A stretch of DNA of 64,000 nucleotides from an uncultured Alphaproteobacteria bacterium. Its GTDB lineage: Bacteria > Pseudomonadota > Alphaproteobacteria > Rhizobiales > Hyphomicrobiaceae. Shown in pieces: positions 39,119 to 50,481 of this stretch (position 1 is the stretch's first letter; every line of letters starts with the position of its first letter). Below the pieces are notes generated by a model. It did not search any database and was not told the DNA's origin. It saw only the letters and a list, made by a program, of their open reading frames with translations. The DNA is taken from contig CAVQUQ010000013.1 of assembly GCA_963716835.1 (NCBI GenBank), forward strand, positions 129,490 through 193,489, read 5' to 3'. Position numbers and translations under genes: made by a program.

Positions 39119-40456
39119 ATGCCTCCAGGCTCCCCCAGCCCCTCGTCAGCCGCTCAATCCGGAACTCAATCGGGTTCCGGCCAAATCGGTATGCTGGCTG
39201 CGGTGTCAATCGGTATCGGCGGCATGGTCGGCGCCGGCATCTTCTCGATCCTCGGCGTGGTTGCTCAAGCCGCCGGCAGTGCCATGTGGCTCGCTTTTGC
39301 CATCGGTGGCGTGGTGGCGCTGCTCTCCACCTATTCCTATGCCAAGCTTGGCGCGACCTTCCCCTCCGCGGGCGGCGCCGTGCACTTTCTGGTGAAAAGC
39401 TTCGGCGACGGTGTGCTCGCGGGCGGCCTCAACCTTTTCATGTGGGTCGGCTACATCATCTCGCTGGCCCTCTATGCAACAGCCTTCGGCAGCTACGCCG
39501 CGACCTTTATCTCCGCCACCCCCTCGGCCCTGCTGCTCAAGTCGCTGGCGGTCGGGTCGGTCGTATTGCTGACGATACTGAATGCGTTCGGCGCCAAGTT
39601 CATGGGACAGGGAGAGACGATCATCGTCGCCATCAAGGTAGCGATCCTCGTCGTGTTTGCGGCCACGGGATTGTGGTTCATCAAGCCGGAAAATCTCTCG
39701 CCCGCGCTGTGGCCGGGCGCACAATCGATCCTTTTCGGCGCAGGCGTGCTGTTCATCGGCTACGAGGGCTTCGGGCTCGTCACCAACGCGGCCGGAGACA
39801 TGCGCAATCCGCAGAAGATGCTGCCGCGCGCGCTCTATGCAGCCGTTATCCTCGTCATTGCGCTCTATCTCGTCGTGTCGGTGACCGTGACGGGCAATCT
39901 CTCGAATGCCGAGATCGAGCGGGCCAGGGATTACGCACTCGCCGAAGCCGCGAAGCCGTTCCTGGGCGAGCTCGGCTTCCGGCTCATCGCCATCGCCGCG
40001 CTGTTTTCGACCGCGTCCGCGATCAATGCGACGTTGTTTGGCTCGGCCAACGTCTGCTACATGATCGCCCGCGACGGCGAGCTGCCGGCGGGATTGTCGC
40101 GGACGGAGTGGAAACAGGCGACCGGCGGGCTCTTGCTCACCGCGGCGCTCGTCGTGCTGGTAATGCTCCTCTTCGACCTGTCGGGCATCGCCATGATGGG
40201 AAGCGCTGCCTTCCTCCTCATCTATGCCGCGGTCAATGCGGGCCATCTCAGGGTTCTCAAACAAACCCAGGCAAACGCCACGATCGTATGGCTGTCGCTC
40301 ATCACGTGCCTCGCGATGTTCGCGATCCTCAGCGTCTACACCTATCGGCAGCAGCCCGCGGCCATCGTGGCGCTCGTTCTCGTCGGGGCAGCCTCGTTTT
40401 TCGGTGAGTGGCCCTACCGCGGCTGGACGGGACGCCGTATCAAAACCGCGCCATGA
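39119..40456 (+). CDS. APC family amino acid permease
   Basis: GIGGMVGAGIF, FPSAGG, FIGYEGF; about 12 TM segments. Confidence 0.9.
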   Translation: MPPGSPSPSSAAQSGTQSGSGQIGMLAAVSIGIGGMVGAGIFSILGVVAQAAGSAMWLAFAIGGVVALLSTYSYAKLGATFPSAGGAVHFLVKSFGDGVLAGGLNLFMWVGYIISLALYATAFGSYAATFISATPSALLLKSLAVGSVVLLTILNAFGAKFMGQGETIIVAIKVAILVVFAATGLWFIKPENLSPALWPGAQSILFGAGVLFIGYEGFGLVTNAAGDMRNPQKMLPRALYAAVILVIALYLVVSVTVTGNLSNAEIERARDYALAEAAKPFLGELGFRLIAIAALFSTASAINATLFGSANVCYMIARDGELPAGLSRTEWKQATGGLLLTAALVVLVMLLFDLSGIAMMGSAAFLLIYAAVNAGHLRVLKQTQANATIVWLSLITCLAMFAILSVYTYRQQPAAIVALVLVGAASFFGEWPYRGWTGRRIKTAP

Positions 40457-40508
40457 TACGGCTCAAACCTTCGCATCACGGGGTTCAGCCCGAACTCTTT
40501 CATGCTGC

Positions 40509-40526
40509 GTCCCCCAAATGGGGGAC
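40509..40526. promoter_or_regulatory. 7-4-7 palindrome GTCCCCC-N4-GGGGGAC, copy 1
   Basis: GTCCCCC-AAAT-GGGGGAC; arms identical to 55400-55417. Confidence 0.5.
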
Positions 40527-40569
40527 TATTCGTCGCCGCCTGAAGGCGTAGCTTTTTCAGGCGGGACGT

Positions 40570-40594
40570 GGAACAAGCCACGTGCTGCCGCGTT
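40570..40594 (+). promoter_or_regulatory. EcfG/RpoE2-type (general stress response) promoter
   Basis: GGAAC-N16-CGTT, 24 bp upstream of the ATG at 40619. Confidence 0.6.
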
Positions 40595-40618
40595 CCGTCG
40601 GGGGCGAGGAGCTTTTGA

Positions 40619-41047
40619 ATGCGCGTGGTCGGCAATAGATGGTTGGGACTTGCCGTTTACCTCGCTTCAGTGTCTGGAGCGTGCCTGGTTTGCGCGTATC
40701 TCTCGCACCATGTGGCCAAGCAAGCGGTTGCAGTCGCCTTGCCGTACTTCCCCGATGAGACGCCGCGCCAGCCTTCGCTTGTGGAACGGCGTCAGATTGA
40801 AGCCAACCAAGCGATCCTGGCGCTGGCCGCGACCGAAGAGACCAACGCGGCCGCGCTGACGGCGCCCGCGATGCCGCCGCAGGTTCTAGCCGCCCAACTG
40901 GATCGCCTAGAGAAAGCAGATCTGAGCGGTGTACAGCCGGCGCCACGACGTGTCCGTTCGGCGTCACGTCGCGTTGCGCCGCCGGTCCTCTCCGCCGCGG
41001 ATGAATTCGGCCGGCGTTTCGGTGTGCTTACGGTTGCCACCCGCTGA
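40619..41047 (+). CDS. Membrane-anchored hypothetical protein
   Basis: N-terminal TM, GAGGAG RBS, Ala/Pro-rich. Confidence 0.55.
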   Translation: MRVVGNRWLGLAVYLASVSGACLVCAYLSHHVAKQAVAVALPYFPDETPRQPSLVERRQIEANQAILALAATEETNAAALTAPAMPPQVLAAQLDRLEKADLSGVQPAPRRVRSASRRVAPPVLSAADEFGRRFGVLTVATR

Positions 41048-41136
41048 CTGGGTTAATGGTAAATCGGAACCCGGTTTTGCTCGCTCTAGTTTTCCTAGTA
41101 AGTGCCTTTCTGGCTTGGAATCCTAGGGAGTAGCCG

Positions 41137-41334
41137 ATGAACCTCTTAGAGGCGTGGCGCGAGACCACAATCCGCGAGGGTTTTGGGCGGCGGCTTTCGC
41201 CGGAGCAGATTGCACAAGAGACCGGCCTATCAGTGCGCGATGTGCTTCGGCGTGCCCTCGGCCTAAAGTTGCTCTCGCCGCGCGAAGCCGCATTTCTGGC
41301 GCCATCCGCACACAACAAGCGCAAGGTGGCCTGA
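41137..41334 (+). CDS. Small HTH-like hypothetical protein
   Basis: [21 protein letters not shown]; GGGAG RBS; GGAAC-N17-AGTT upstream at 41066-41091. Confidence 0.5.
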   Translation: MNLLEAWRETTIREGFGRRLSPEQIAQETGLSVRDVLRRALGLKLLSPREAAFLAPSAHNKRKVA

Positions 41335-41391
41335 GCGCCGTCACGAGGCGATCGCCGGTCCTGGGTCCGGGAAGCCTCGCGGCATAGATGC

Positions 41392-42169
41392 TCAATTCAT
41401 GTGCCAGCCATGGCTGACGATGATGCTCTCGCCGGTCAGCGCGTTGGTCTTGAAGGCCGGCGAGCATGAGTGCGACCTCGGCGATGTCGTCGACGGTGGT
41501 GAACTCCTTGTCGACGGTCTCGCCGAGCATCACCTCCTTGATGACGCGCTCCTCGGTGATGCCGAGCTCCTTGGCCTGCTCGGGGATCTGCTTGTCGACA
41601 AGGGGCGTGCGCACGAAGCCCGGACAGATGACGTTGGCACGGACGCCGTGCTTGGCGCCCTCCTTGGCCATGGTGCGTGCGAGGCCGAGAAGCCCGTGCT
41701 TGGCGGTGACGTAGGCCGACTTCAAGGGCGAGGCCTCGTGGCTGTGCACGGAGCCCATATAGATCAGCGATCCCGAGCCCTGCTTGTACATGTGCTTGAC
41801 GCAGGCCTTCGTCGTGAGAAACGCGCCGTCGAGATGGATCGCCAGCATCTTCTTCCACGCGGCAAAGGGGAACTCTTCGATCGGGTGGACGATCTGGATG
41901 CCGGCGTTGGAGACGAGGATGTCGACCTTGCCGAATGTGGCGACGGTCTTGTCGACGCCGGCGTTCACCTGCTCCTCGTTGGAGACGTCCATGGCGACCG
42001 CGATCGCGGTCTTGCTGTCCCCGAGTTCCTTAGCAGCTGCTGTCGCAGCCTCGAGGTTGAGATCAGCGATGGCGACCCTCCCGCCCGCCTGGACGTAGCG
42101 CCTCGCAATTTGGTGTCCGATTCCACTTGCCGCTCCGGTGACGAGGGCAACCTTGCCGTCGAGTTTCAT
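41392..42169 (-). CDS. bdhA: Second 3-hydroxybutyrate dehydrogenase, frameshifted near 41455
   Basis: [36 protein letters not shown]; true C-terminus [16 protein letters not shown] lies in another frame. Confidence 0.88.
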
Positions 42170-42185
42170 GACGCGCGTCCTTTCA

Positions 42186-42923
42186 TCACTTGAGATAGTC
42201 GTAGACGACCTTGCCAAGGCCGAGCGTGAGGTCGGCCAGAATGTGCGTTGCCGAGATCACCTCGCGCACGGGAAGAGCGGCAACGGGCGCCAGCCCATGC
42301 GGCCTGAGATCGAGCGCCGCCGGCCCGCTCCAGGCGCCCTTCAGCACGACGTCTTCGAGACGGTAATCGACAATTTCCAGAATGCGCGGGCTGCCGTCCA
42401 CACACGGGATGATTTTCAGGAGATAGTTCGGCTGCGCCAGCGACTTCATCACGGCCTTGGGATCGAGCGCCTGGTGCTTGTAGCCCATGGTTCCGGTCGC
42501 GACACGTACCGAGCCGTAGTCGAGCGTACCAACAAATGTATCCTTGTCGGGCCCGAGCGAGGGCTGCGCGAACTTTTTGGGAAATCCCCACAGCTCGCGG
42601 CCACCGTAAATCGGCGGACCGTCGTTCAGATACATGGCGTGCGTGTAGCCGCCTTCCACGCCGTTGAACTTGACCGGAATGACCTGACCGGATTCGGTGT
42701 AGTCGCCGAAGCCGGTCGAATCCGGCATGCGGATGAACTCGTACTTGACGAGGGGCTCGTCGAACGTCAGCGGCTCCGGCACCACGGCTTCGAGCGCCTC
42801 CCTGTCCGTGCGGTAGGTGATGATCAGATATTCGCGGTTGATGAATCGATACGGACCGGGAGGGAAGGCCGGACTGGTCAGCGGCATGGCGAATGCGCGA
42901 GCGCGGACATCGTCGATCTTCAT
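42186..42923 (-). CDS. adc: Acetoacetate decarboxylase
   Basis: [41 protein letters not shown] and [11 protein letters not shown] (Schiff-base Lys). Confidence 0.93.
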   Translation of the reverse strand: MKIDDVRARAFAMPLTSPAFPPGPYRFINREYLIITYRTDREALEAVVPEPLTFDEPLVKYEFIRMPDSTGFGDYTESGQVIPVKFNGVEGGYTHAMYLNDGPPIYGGRELWGFPKKFAQPSLGPDKDTFVGTLDYGSVRVATGTMGYKHQALDPKAVMKSLAQPNYLLKIIPCVDGSPRILEIVDYRLEDVVLKGAWSGPAALDLRPHGLAPVAALPVREVISATHILADLTLGLGKVVYDYLK

Positions 42924-44066
42924 GCCTGCTTATCTGGACCCTGTGGGTCCAGCTCCCTGGTGAGGTCCAGCACTTCCACGCCCTCCTCGGGGCGCTCGCG
43001 GTTTATCCATGCCGGGTGACGCAGCGTGCGCTCCACGTCGTCCCGCCCGTCCCGCCAATGCTCGTCAACCGTATAGCGGGAAAACTCGTAGTCGTTCGAT
43101 TGCGTGGAGTAGGCCGCGCGGCGGTGGATGAGGTGGACGATCGTCACGGCCGCGTCGCAGCCGATAGACGAGAGCACGTGCCAATCGAGGCTCGACTTGA
43201 AGTCGTCCGGCAACACTCTCTCGAGACGGCGGATGGCGCGGCGCAAGGTCTGCATGCGGCGGAAGACGTCCGTATTCAGACGCGTGCGGCTCGAATAGCG
43301 GATGTCCTTCTCGCGCTGGCCGATGTCGAACATTGTCTCGGGCATCGGGCCCTTGGCGGGAAAGAGGTCGATCTGGAAGACGCACATGTCTTCGCGATGC
43401 TCGCTGCCGTCGAGCACGTATTGCAGCGGCGTGTTGGAGACGAGGCCGCCGTCCCAGTATTCTTCGCCGTCGATCACAACGGGCGGGAAGCCGGGGGGCA
43501 AGGCGCCGCTCGCCATGATGTGCTCGGGGAGGATCACGTCGCCGTGCGCGGTGTCGAAGTATTTCATGTTTCCCGTGCGCACCTGCACGGCTCCGACGCT
43601 CACGCGCACCGTCGCCCGAGTTCAGTCGCTCGAAATCCACGAGCTCCTCGAGTGTCGCCTTCAGCGGGCTCGTGTCGTAGAAGCTGATCGCCTCGACCGA
43701 TCCCGGCGGCATGACAAAGGGAGGTGGAAATCGGGGACCGAAGAAGCCGGGGGCGCCTGTGGAGGCGACCAGCGCCGCACTCGTCTCGTTGAAGATCTTG
43801 CGGGAGGCGTCGTCGGTTGCGAGCGGCGGGATCGTGAGCCGGCTCGACACGCGCTCCCAGAACTCGCGCAGCCGCGCGACGCAGCGGCCGGGATTGCCGG
43901 CGATGAGCGCCGCATTGACGGCACCGATGGAAATGCCCGCGATCCAATCCGGTGTGTGGCCTGCCGCTGCGAGCGCCTCGTAGGCGCCGCCTTGATAGGA
44001 GCCGAGGGCGCCGCCGCCCTGCAGGACGAGGACCGTCTTCTCGGGGCCGCGGACTCTCTCGGCCAT
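42920..44066 (-). CDS. Patatin-like hydrolase with DUF3734 C-terminus, frameshifted near 43610
   Basis: [13 protein letters not shown] and YWDGG; [10 protein letters not shown] and DYEFSR...HW. Confidence 0.87.
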
Positions 44067-44194
44067 TCGTGTGGCTCCGGCAAGAAACGTACCCCGCTCC
44101 CTCACATTTGATGGCGCGGCAACATTACTGCAAGGTGTCAGAATGTCTGCGAGGAGCAACATAGGTTTATGCTCGCTGTGCTGGCACGCCTCGC

Positions 44195-47100
44195 TCATTC
44201 TGCAGGCACAGGAGGTTCTTGTGCGGTGTCGGGGTGCCTCTGGCCAAATAGCCGCTCGAGAAACGTCGCGAGCTTGTCGAGATAGATGTAGACCACGGGC
44301 GTCGTGAACAGCGTCAGCGCCTGACTGACGAGCAGGCCGCCGACCATGGCGTAGCCGAGCGGCTGGCGGATCTCGGCACCCGTTCCGGCGCCGATCATGA
44401 GCGGAACGCCGCCGAGAAGCGCCGCGGCGGTCGTCATCATGATCGGCCGGAAGCGCAGCAGCGCGGCCTGTGCGACGGCCTCCTCGGGCGGGAGATTGTG
44501 CTCGCGCTCGGCATGAATGGCGAAGTCCACGAGCATGATGCCGTTCTTCTTCACGATGCCGATCAGCAGGATGATGCCGATCATCGCCACGAGGCTGAAA
44601 TCGTAGCCGAGCGAGCATCAGTGTCGCGATGGCGCCGGCGCCGGCAGAGGGCAGCGTCGAGAGGATCGTGAGCGGGTGGATGTAGCTCTCGTAGAGGATG
44701 CCGAGGATCAGGTAGATGACGACGAGCGCGGCGCCGATCAGCAGCGGCACTGTCGACAGCGAATCCTGGAAGGCCTGTGCGTTGCCCTGGAAGCTCGTGC
44801 GCATGCGCGGGCGGAAGCTGCAGCTCGCGCTCGGCCTGCCTGGATCGCCTGCGTCGCCGTGCCGAGCGAGCCGCCCTGGGCCAGGTTGAAGCTGATGGTG
44901 ACGGCGGGGAACTGGCCCTGGTGGCGTGATCGACAAGGGCGCGGTCTTGCGCGTCGTCCAGGCGGCGAAGGCGGCGAGCGGGACCTGCTGCTCCGTGAGT
45001 CGGCGACTTGATGTAGATCTTGTCGAGGCTGTCGACGCGTCCCTGCAGCTCGGGCAGCATCTCCATGACCACGTGGTAGCTGTTCTGCTGCGTGAAGTAC
45101 TGGGCGATCTGGCGCTGGCCGAACGCGTCGTAGAGCGTGTCGTCGATCAGCTGCGGCGTCGAGCCCGTAGCGCGAGGCCTGATCGCGGTCGATGGTCAGG
45201 GTCAGCGTCGTGCCCGACGCTCTGCTGGTCGGTCGCCACGTCGCGCAGCTCCGGCAGGGTCTTGAGCTTGTCGAGGACCTTCGGCGCCCATGCATTGAGC
45301 TCGTCGATGTCGGCGTCCTGCAGCGTGTACTGGAATTGCGATGCGCGCCGGCGCGGCCGCCGACGTTGACGTCCTGCGCCGCCTGCAGGAAGAGCTTTGC
45401 GCCTTCGACCTTCTCGAGTTGCGGTGCGCAGGCGCGCGATGATCTGCGTCGGCCGAGGCCTTCGCGCTCGCTCCTCGGCTTCAGCGTGATGAAGAAGCGG
45501 CCGTTGTTGAGCGCGGCGATGGAGCCGCCGGCGCCGATCGCCATGGCGTACGTCGCGACGTCCGGATCCTTGCCGATGATCTCGCCGAGCGCCTCCTGCC
45601 GGCGCATCATCTCGGCGAAGGAGACGTCCTGCGCGGCTTCCGAGGTGCCGGTGATCAGGCCGGTGTCCTGTTGCGGGAAGAAGCCCTTGGGGATGGCGAT
45701 GAACAGGTAGCACGGTGGCGGCCACGCGTCGCGAGGAACACGCACAGCGTCACGAAACTGGTGCCGCAGCACGACATCGAGGCAGCGCTCGTAGGCGCGC
45801 AGCAGGCGGTCGAAGCCGCGCTCGGTCAGCGCGTAGAAGCCGGCCGTGCCGCGCCTCCTTCTCGCTGCGTGAGGAAGCGCGACGCCATCATCGGCGTCAG
45901 CGTCAGCGCGACGAACGCCGATACCGCGATGCACATGGTGACGGTGACGGCGAACTCGCGGAACAGGCGGCCGATGATGCCGCCCATGCAGCAGCAGCGG
46001 AATGAAGACCGCGACCAGCGAGAGGCTGATCGAGAGGATGGTGAAGGCGATCTCGCGCGCGCCCTTCAGCGCGGCCTCGAAGGGCTTCATGCCGTCCTCG
46101 ATGTGGCGCACGATGTTCTCGAGCATGACGATGGCGTCGTCGACGACGAAGCCGACGGAGATCGTGAGCGCCATCAGCGAGAGGTTGTCGAGGCTGTAGC
46201 CCATCAAATACATGAGCGCCGCACGCGCCGAGCAGCGACGAGCGGCACGGTCACGCTCGGAATGACGGTCGCCCAGAAGGCTGCGCAGGAAAACGAAGAT
46301 CACGGCGACGACCAGCGCGATGGTGAGCAGCAGCGTGAACTGCACGTCCTCGACCGAGGCGCGGATGGTCTGCGTGCGATCGCTCAGGATCGTCGACCTT
46401 GAGCGACGGCGGCATGGCGGCGCGCAGCCGCGGCAGCTCGGCCTTGATGCGGTCGACGGTCTCGATGACGTTGGCGCCGGGCTGCTTGAAGACGACGAGG
46501 AAGACGCCGCGCTTGCCCGACGCCCAGGCCGCCTTCTTGGCGTCCTCCGGGCCGGCGACGGCCTGGCCGATGTCGCGCACGCGCAGCGGCGCGCCGTTGC
46601 GATAGGCGATGATGACGTCGTTCCAGGCGTCGGCGATCGGTGAGCTGATCGTTGGCGTAGATCGTGAAGCTGCGCACGTCGCCGTCGATGCTGCCTTTCG
46701 GCGTGATTGACGGTCGTGACGGCGAGCGGCGCGCGCACGTCCTCGAGCGACAGGTTCTTGGCGACGAGCTTGGCCGGATCGAGCTGGACGCGGACGGCGG
46801 GCTTCTGCTCGCCGCCGATCGACACCTGGCCGACGCCGTCGATCTGGCTGATCTGCTGGGCGAGCTTGGTGTCGGCGTTGTCGTCGACCTCGGTCAGCGG
46901 CAGCGTGTCGGAGGTCGCCGACAGGATCAGGATCGGCGAGTCGGCCGGGTTGACCTTGCGGTAGGTCGGCGGGGACGGCAGATCGCTCGGGAGCTGGCCG
47001 CTCGCGGCGTTGATCGCGGCCTGGATGTCGTTGGCGGCGGCGTCGATGTTGCGATCGAGATCGAACTGCACGACGACGGTGGTCGTGCCGAGACCGCTCG

Positions 47101-47389
47101 ACGAGGTCGTCTGCGCGACGCCCGGGATCTGCGCGAACTGGCGCTCCAGCGGCTGCGCCACCGATGAGGCCATCGTCTCGGGACTGGCGCCGGGAAGCGC
47201 CGCCGAGACCTGGATCGTCGGAAAGTCGACCTGGGGCAGCGGCGCGACCGGCAGCTTCGGATAGGCGACGAGCCCGACGAACAGAATGCCGATCATCAGC
47301 AGCGACGTCGCGATGGGGCGCCGTGATGAACGGCTCGGACATGCCGCCGCTATGAGTCCATTACTCGTCGTGTTCCGATCCATCGTCAT
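44195..47389 (-). pseudogene. MdtB/MdtC-like RND permease with many frameshifts (probably sequencing error)
   Basis: [50 protein letters not shown] and RFRPIMMTT are scattered across three frames. Confidence 0.85.
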
Positions 47390-48595
47390 TCGACCTGCCG
47401 CGCCGGCTGCCGGGTGGCCGTGCGCTCCTCGCTTTGCGTCTCCACGGCGACGATCGCGCCCGGCTCGACGCGATACTGGCCGGAGGTCACGACCTGCTCG
47501 CCGGGCTCGAGGCCGGCTTCGATGACGGCGTCGCCGTCGTCCATCGGGCCGACCTTGATGTCGCGCTTCTCGACCTTGAGGTCCTGGCCGACGACGAAAG
47601 CGAAGAGGCCCTCGGGGCCGCGCTGGACGGCGGATTCGGGGATGACCACCACGTCGCTGAAGCGTCGAGACGAGGAGGCGCGTGGTGACGGAAAGGCCGG
47701 GCCAAAGCGCGTTGTCGGCGTTCTCGAATTGGCCTTCAGGCGGATCGTGCCGCTGCCGATATCGATCTCGTTGCTGACGATGGACAGCGTTCCGTGCGCA
47801 AGCTCCGTGCTGCCGTCCGGCGTGAGAGCCGCAAGCTGCAGCGGACCGTTCTTGAGGCCGCGGTTGATGGCCGGGAGCTGATCCTCGGGCGCGGTGAAGA
47901 CAACGGCGATCGGCTGTATCTGCGCGATGGTGACGATGCCGTTCTGGTCGCCCGGATGCACGATGTTGCCGATGTCGATCGTGCGCAGGCCCACGTGGCC
48001 GCTGATCGGCGCTGCGATCGTCGTGTAGTCGAGGGACACCTTGGCGTTTCGCTCGGCCGCCTCGTCGGCCTTGATCAGGGCCTTGAGCTGGTTGACGTTG
48101 GCGGTCTGCTGGTCGAAGAGCTGCTTGGTGGCGTAGCCATTGCCGACGAGCGCGCTGGTTCGCGCGAGGTCAGCCGTGGCGCTGGCGAGGTTCGCCTGGT
48201 CCTGCGCGACCTTCGCGGTTGCCTGGTCGAGGGCCGCTTGAAACGGACGGGCGTCGAGCTGGACCAGGAGGTCGCCCTCATGAACGGGCTGGCCTTCCTC
48301 GAAGGCGATCTTCTCGACCTGGCCGTCGACGCGGCTTCTCACGGTCACCGTGTTCCAGGCCTGCACCGTGCCGAGGCCGTTGAGGTAGGTCGGGAAGTCG
48401 CGGCGGCCAGCGAGCGCCGTGTGGACCGGGATCGGCACCGTGCTCTGCTTGCCGCGATCCGCCGTTTGTACCGGCGATCTTGGCGAGATCGACGCCCTGC
48501 CGCCACGCCCAATAGCCACCGCCCGCCAATGCGAGAAGCAGAAGCGCCCAGAGCGCGAGGGCGCGGGTTCGATGGCGTGATGTTCTTGTCGGCAT
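47386..48595 (-). CDS. MdtA-like RND periplasmic adaptor, frameshifted
   Basis: GLGTVQAWNTVTVRSRVDG, IDIGNIVH and VQRGPEG; the N-terminal TM lies in ORF 48278..48640. Confidence 0.85.
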
Positions 48596-48780
48596 TTGTC
48601 TCGGCTCACGAAGGGCAACACACGTGTTGCGCACGCCCAATCCTGAATGCCGAGACAGGATTGGCGTTCCTCACGATCGTGAGCCAAGGGCGGTACGCAC
48701 CAAGGATCGTTTCACGGCAGTCTTACGGTGAGTTGGCCCGATTCTTACTCCTTTGTAAGGGAACGGTGATCATCGCAGTT

Positions 48781-49236
48781 CTAGCCGACAATGGCATGGA
48801 CAGCTCCGATGAGAGCCGCGGCTACGGCCAGCGCGGCCGGGATCAGGAGGATCTGCAGCCATGCCTGAGAGCCGCGGAGCGGGCCGGTTGCGGTGTCGAC
48901 GTCGGAAGCGAGGAACTCCTCCATGTGACGCGTGTTCGCGGCCAGATGACGCCGGGCCGTCACATAGACGAGCAGCGGTACGACGAAGAAGACAGTGCCC
49001 AGAGCGCTCGCCATCGTCAGGATGAAGTCCGTCTCGGTGCCGAACGCAAAGAAGAGCCAGGCAAACGCAAACATCAATCCGAAGGCTGCGGCCACCGACG
49101 CATAGACGGCCCGGGGCATCTCGATACCCGGTATGGCGCTCAAGCTCGCGTCGGCGACAATCAACGCGCGGCTCTTGACCTCTGGAACTGCCGCTTCTTC
49201 GGTGTGGGCGTCGTCGGTCGTGGTTCGGGCAAACAT
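48781..49236 (-). CDS. Hypothetical membrane protein (3 TM)
   Basis: GAGGTG RBS; DTATGPL...AWLQILLIP; GGAAC-N17-CGTA upstream (49268-49293). Confidence 0.65.
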   Translation of the reverse strand: MFARTTTDDAHTEEAAVPEVKSRALIVADASLSAIPGIEMPRAVYASVAAAFGLMFAFAWLFFAFGTETDFILTMASALGTVFFVVPLLVYVTARRHLAANTRHMEEFLASDVDTATGPLRGSQAWLQILLIPAALAVAAALIGAVHAIVG

Positions 49237-49263
49237 GATACACCTCGCTGTATGTGCCTCGCA

Positions 49264-50059
49264 TCAGTACGCGATGCTCCCAGCGGCGGTTCCGTGCGCG
49301 TGAGCGCGATACTGTGCGTGGTGAGATGGCGACGTGAGACGCGCGTGGCGCGTTGCATCCGGCTTGCTCGCCGGCTCTTTGCCTGGGTTGCCCGCAACCT
49401 GCGTCGGGACAAGGTCGACGCCGTTCAGCGTGCGCACGCAGGTCGTGCGCCACTCGGCCTGCGACATGTGCGTCGCCGGCTCCCAGATGTCCATGCAGTC
49501 GGCGAGAGACGGCCCGCCGCCGGGGATGGGTTCACGCGGTACGAGCGCGCCGCCGCTGGAGACCTCGCCATCCGGTATCGTGGGCGAGAGGGGCGCCAGG
49601 GTCGGCTCGGTGGGCGAGGTGTTGGCGGCAGGCGCCGGAGGATCTGCCGGCTGTTTCCATAGGGGCGGCGTGACCGGCGAGGTCGTCTCCGACTGAAGCT
49701 CCGTCAATTCCGCGGCGCATGCCGGCGACGTCTTGGGGTCGCATGTGTTCGGATTTGGCGCAGACGACGATGACTGGGATTTGGTTGGAGTACCCGATGG
49801 GGCCGGCGGCATGGGGCTGCCATGCATGTGATCGGTCATGTCACCGGTGTGAGAAGGTGATGAGGCTGGATTGGGCAGGCGCGTAGGTCGGACCGGTCGG
49901 CGGGCGCCCGAGACCAGATGAGCTCAACCCGGGATTGGGGCTGGAATTGGGGGACGACATTCCGAAGCCGCTGCGGGCAAGGGCCGCTTCACTCGTAAGG
50001 CTCGCCACCGCGATCAGGGCGGCTCCGATGCACAGTGTAGCCTTCGGCATGTGGTGCAT
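49264..50059 (-). CDS. Secreted Pro/Ser/Thr-rich protein with a THM...EWR motif, split near 49840
   Basis: The signal peptide ORF (49841..) abuts ORF 49264..49839, which carries CMDIWEPATHMSQAEWRTTCVR; AGGAGG RBS. Confidence 0.6.
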
Positions 50060-50167
50060 CTCGGCACCTCCTCGCCGGCGCTCCCCACGCCTCAATTTCA
50101 GAAAGGAGCGGTAGCTCCGGGGTTCAAGATGGTGTGCGCTTTCAGCGCGAAATTTCCGCCGCTAACC

Positions 50168-50260
50168 GAAAAGAGGGCCCGGTCCGGCCTTGGGGGGTGC
50201 AATCCGGACCGGGCACATACCGCCCGCGCACCGAGGGATTTTGTGCGGGGCGGGTCCTTT
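50168..50260 (-). ncRNA. Candidate sRNA/leader: two hairpins with C-rich loops followed by a U-tract
   Basis: Perfect 11-bp stem 50177-50187/50204-50214 with loop AUUGCACCCCCCAAGG; a second stem with an AAAAUCCCUCG loop; ends CCCUCUUUU. Confidence 0.4.
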
Positions 50261-50481
50261 ATGGGCGTGACCTCCTTGGCAGTTGCGAATTTGGTAGCGG
50301 GAGACCATGGCCAACTCTGCGAGATCGGCGCCGCGACCGAAACTCGGCTTTGCGTCATAGCCGGAAGCATTTGGCACCTAGGCCGCACGGCATAGCTCGC
50401 CCGGCAAATGGGCTCGAACCGCAAATCACGTTCTAACGACTAGGGTTGGGTGGCTGTCGCCATCGGAACGGAGACGCGGCA

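Noticed and set aside
47794-49662. 622-aa plus-strand ORF
   Set aside because: Antisense to the mdtA-like gene and other real genes; Arg-rich translation with no recognisable motifs.
50372-50422. tRNA-like GGTTCGAGCCC T-loop on the minus strand
   Set aside because: No cloverleaf, and the spacing to a CCA/acceptor stem is wrong.
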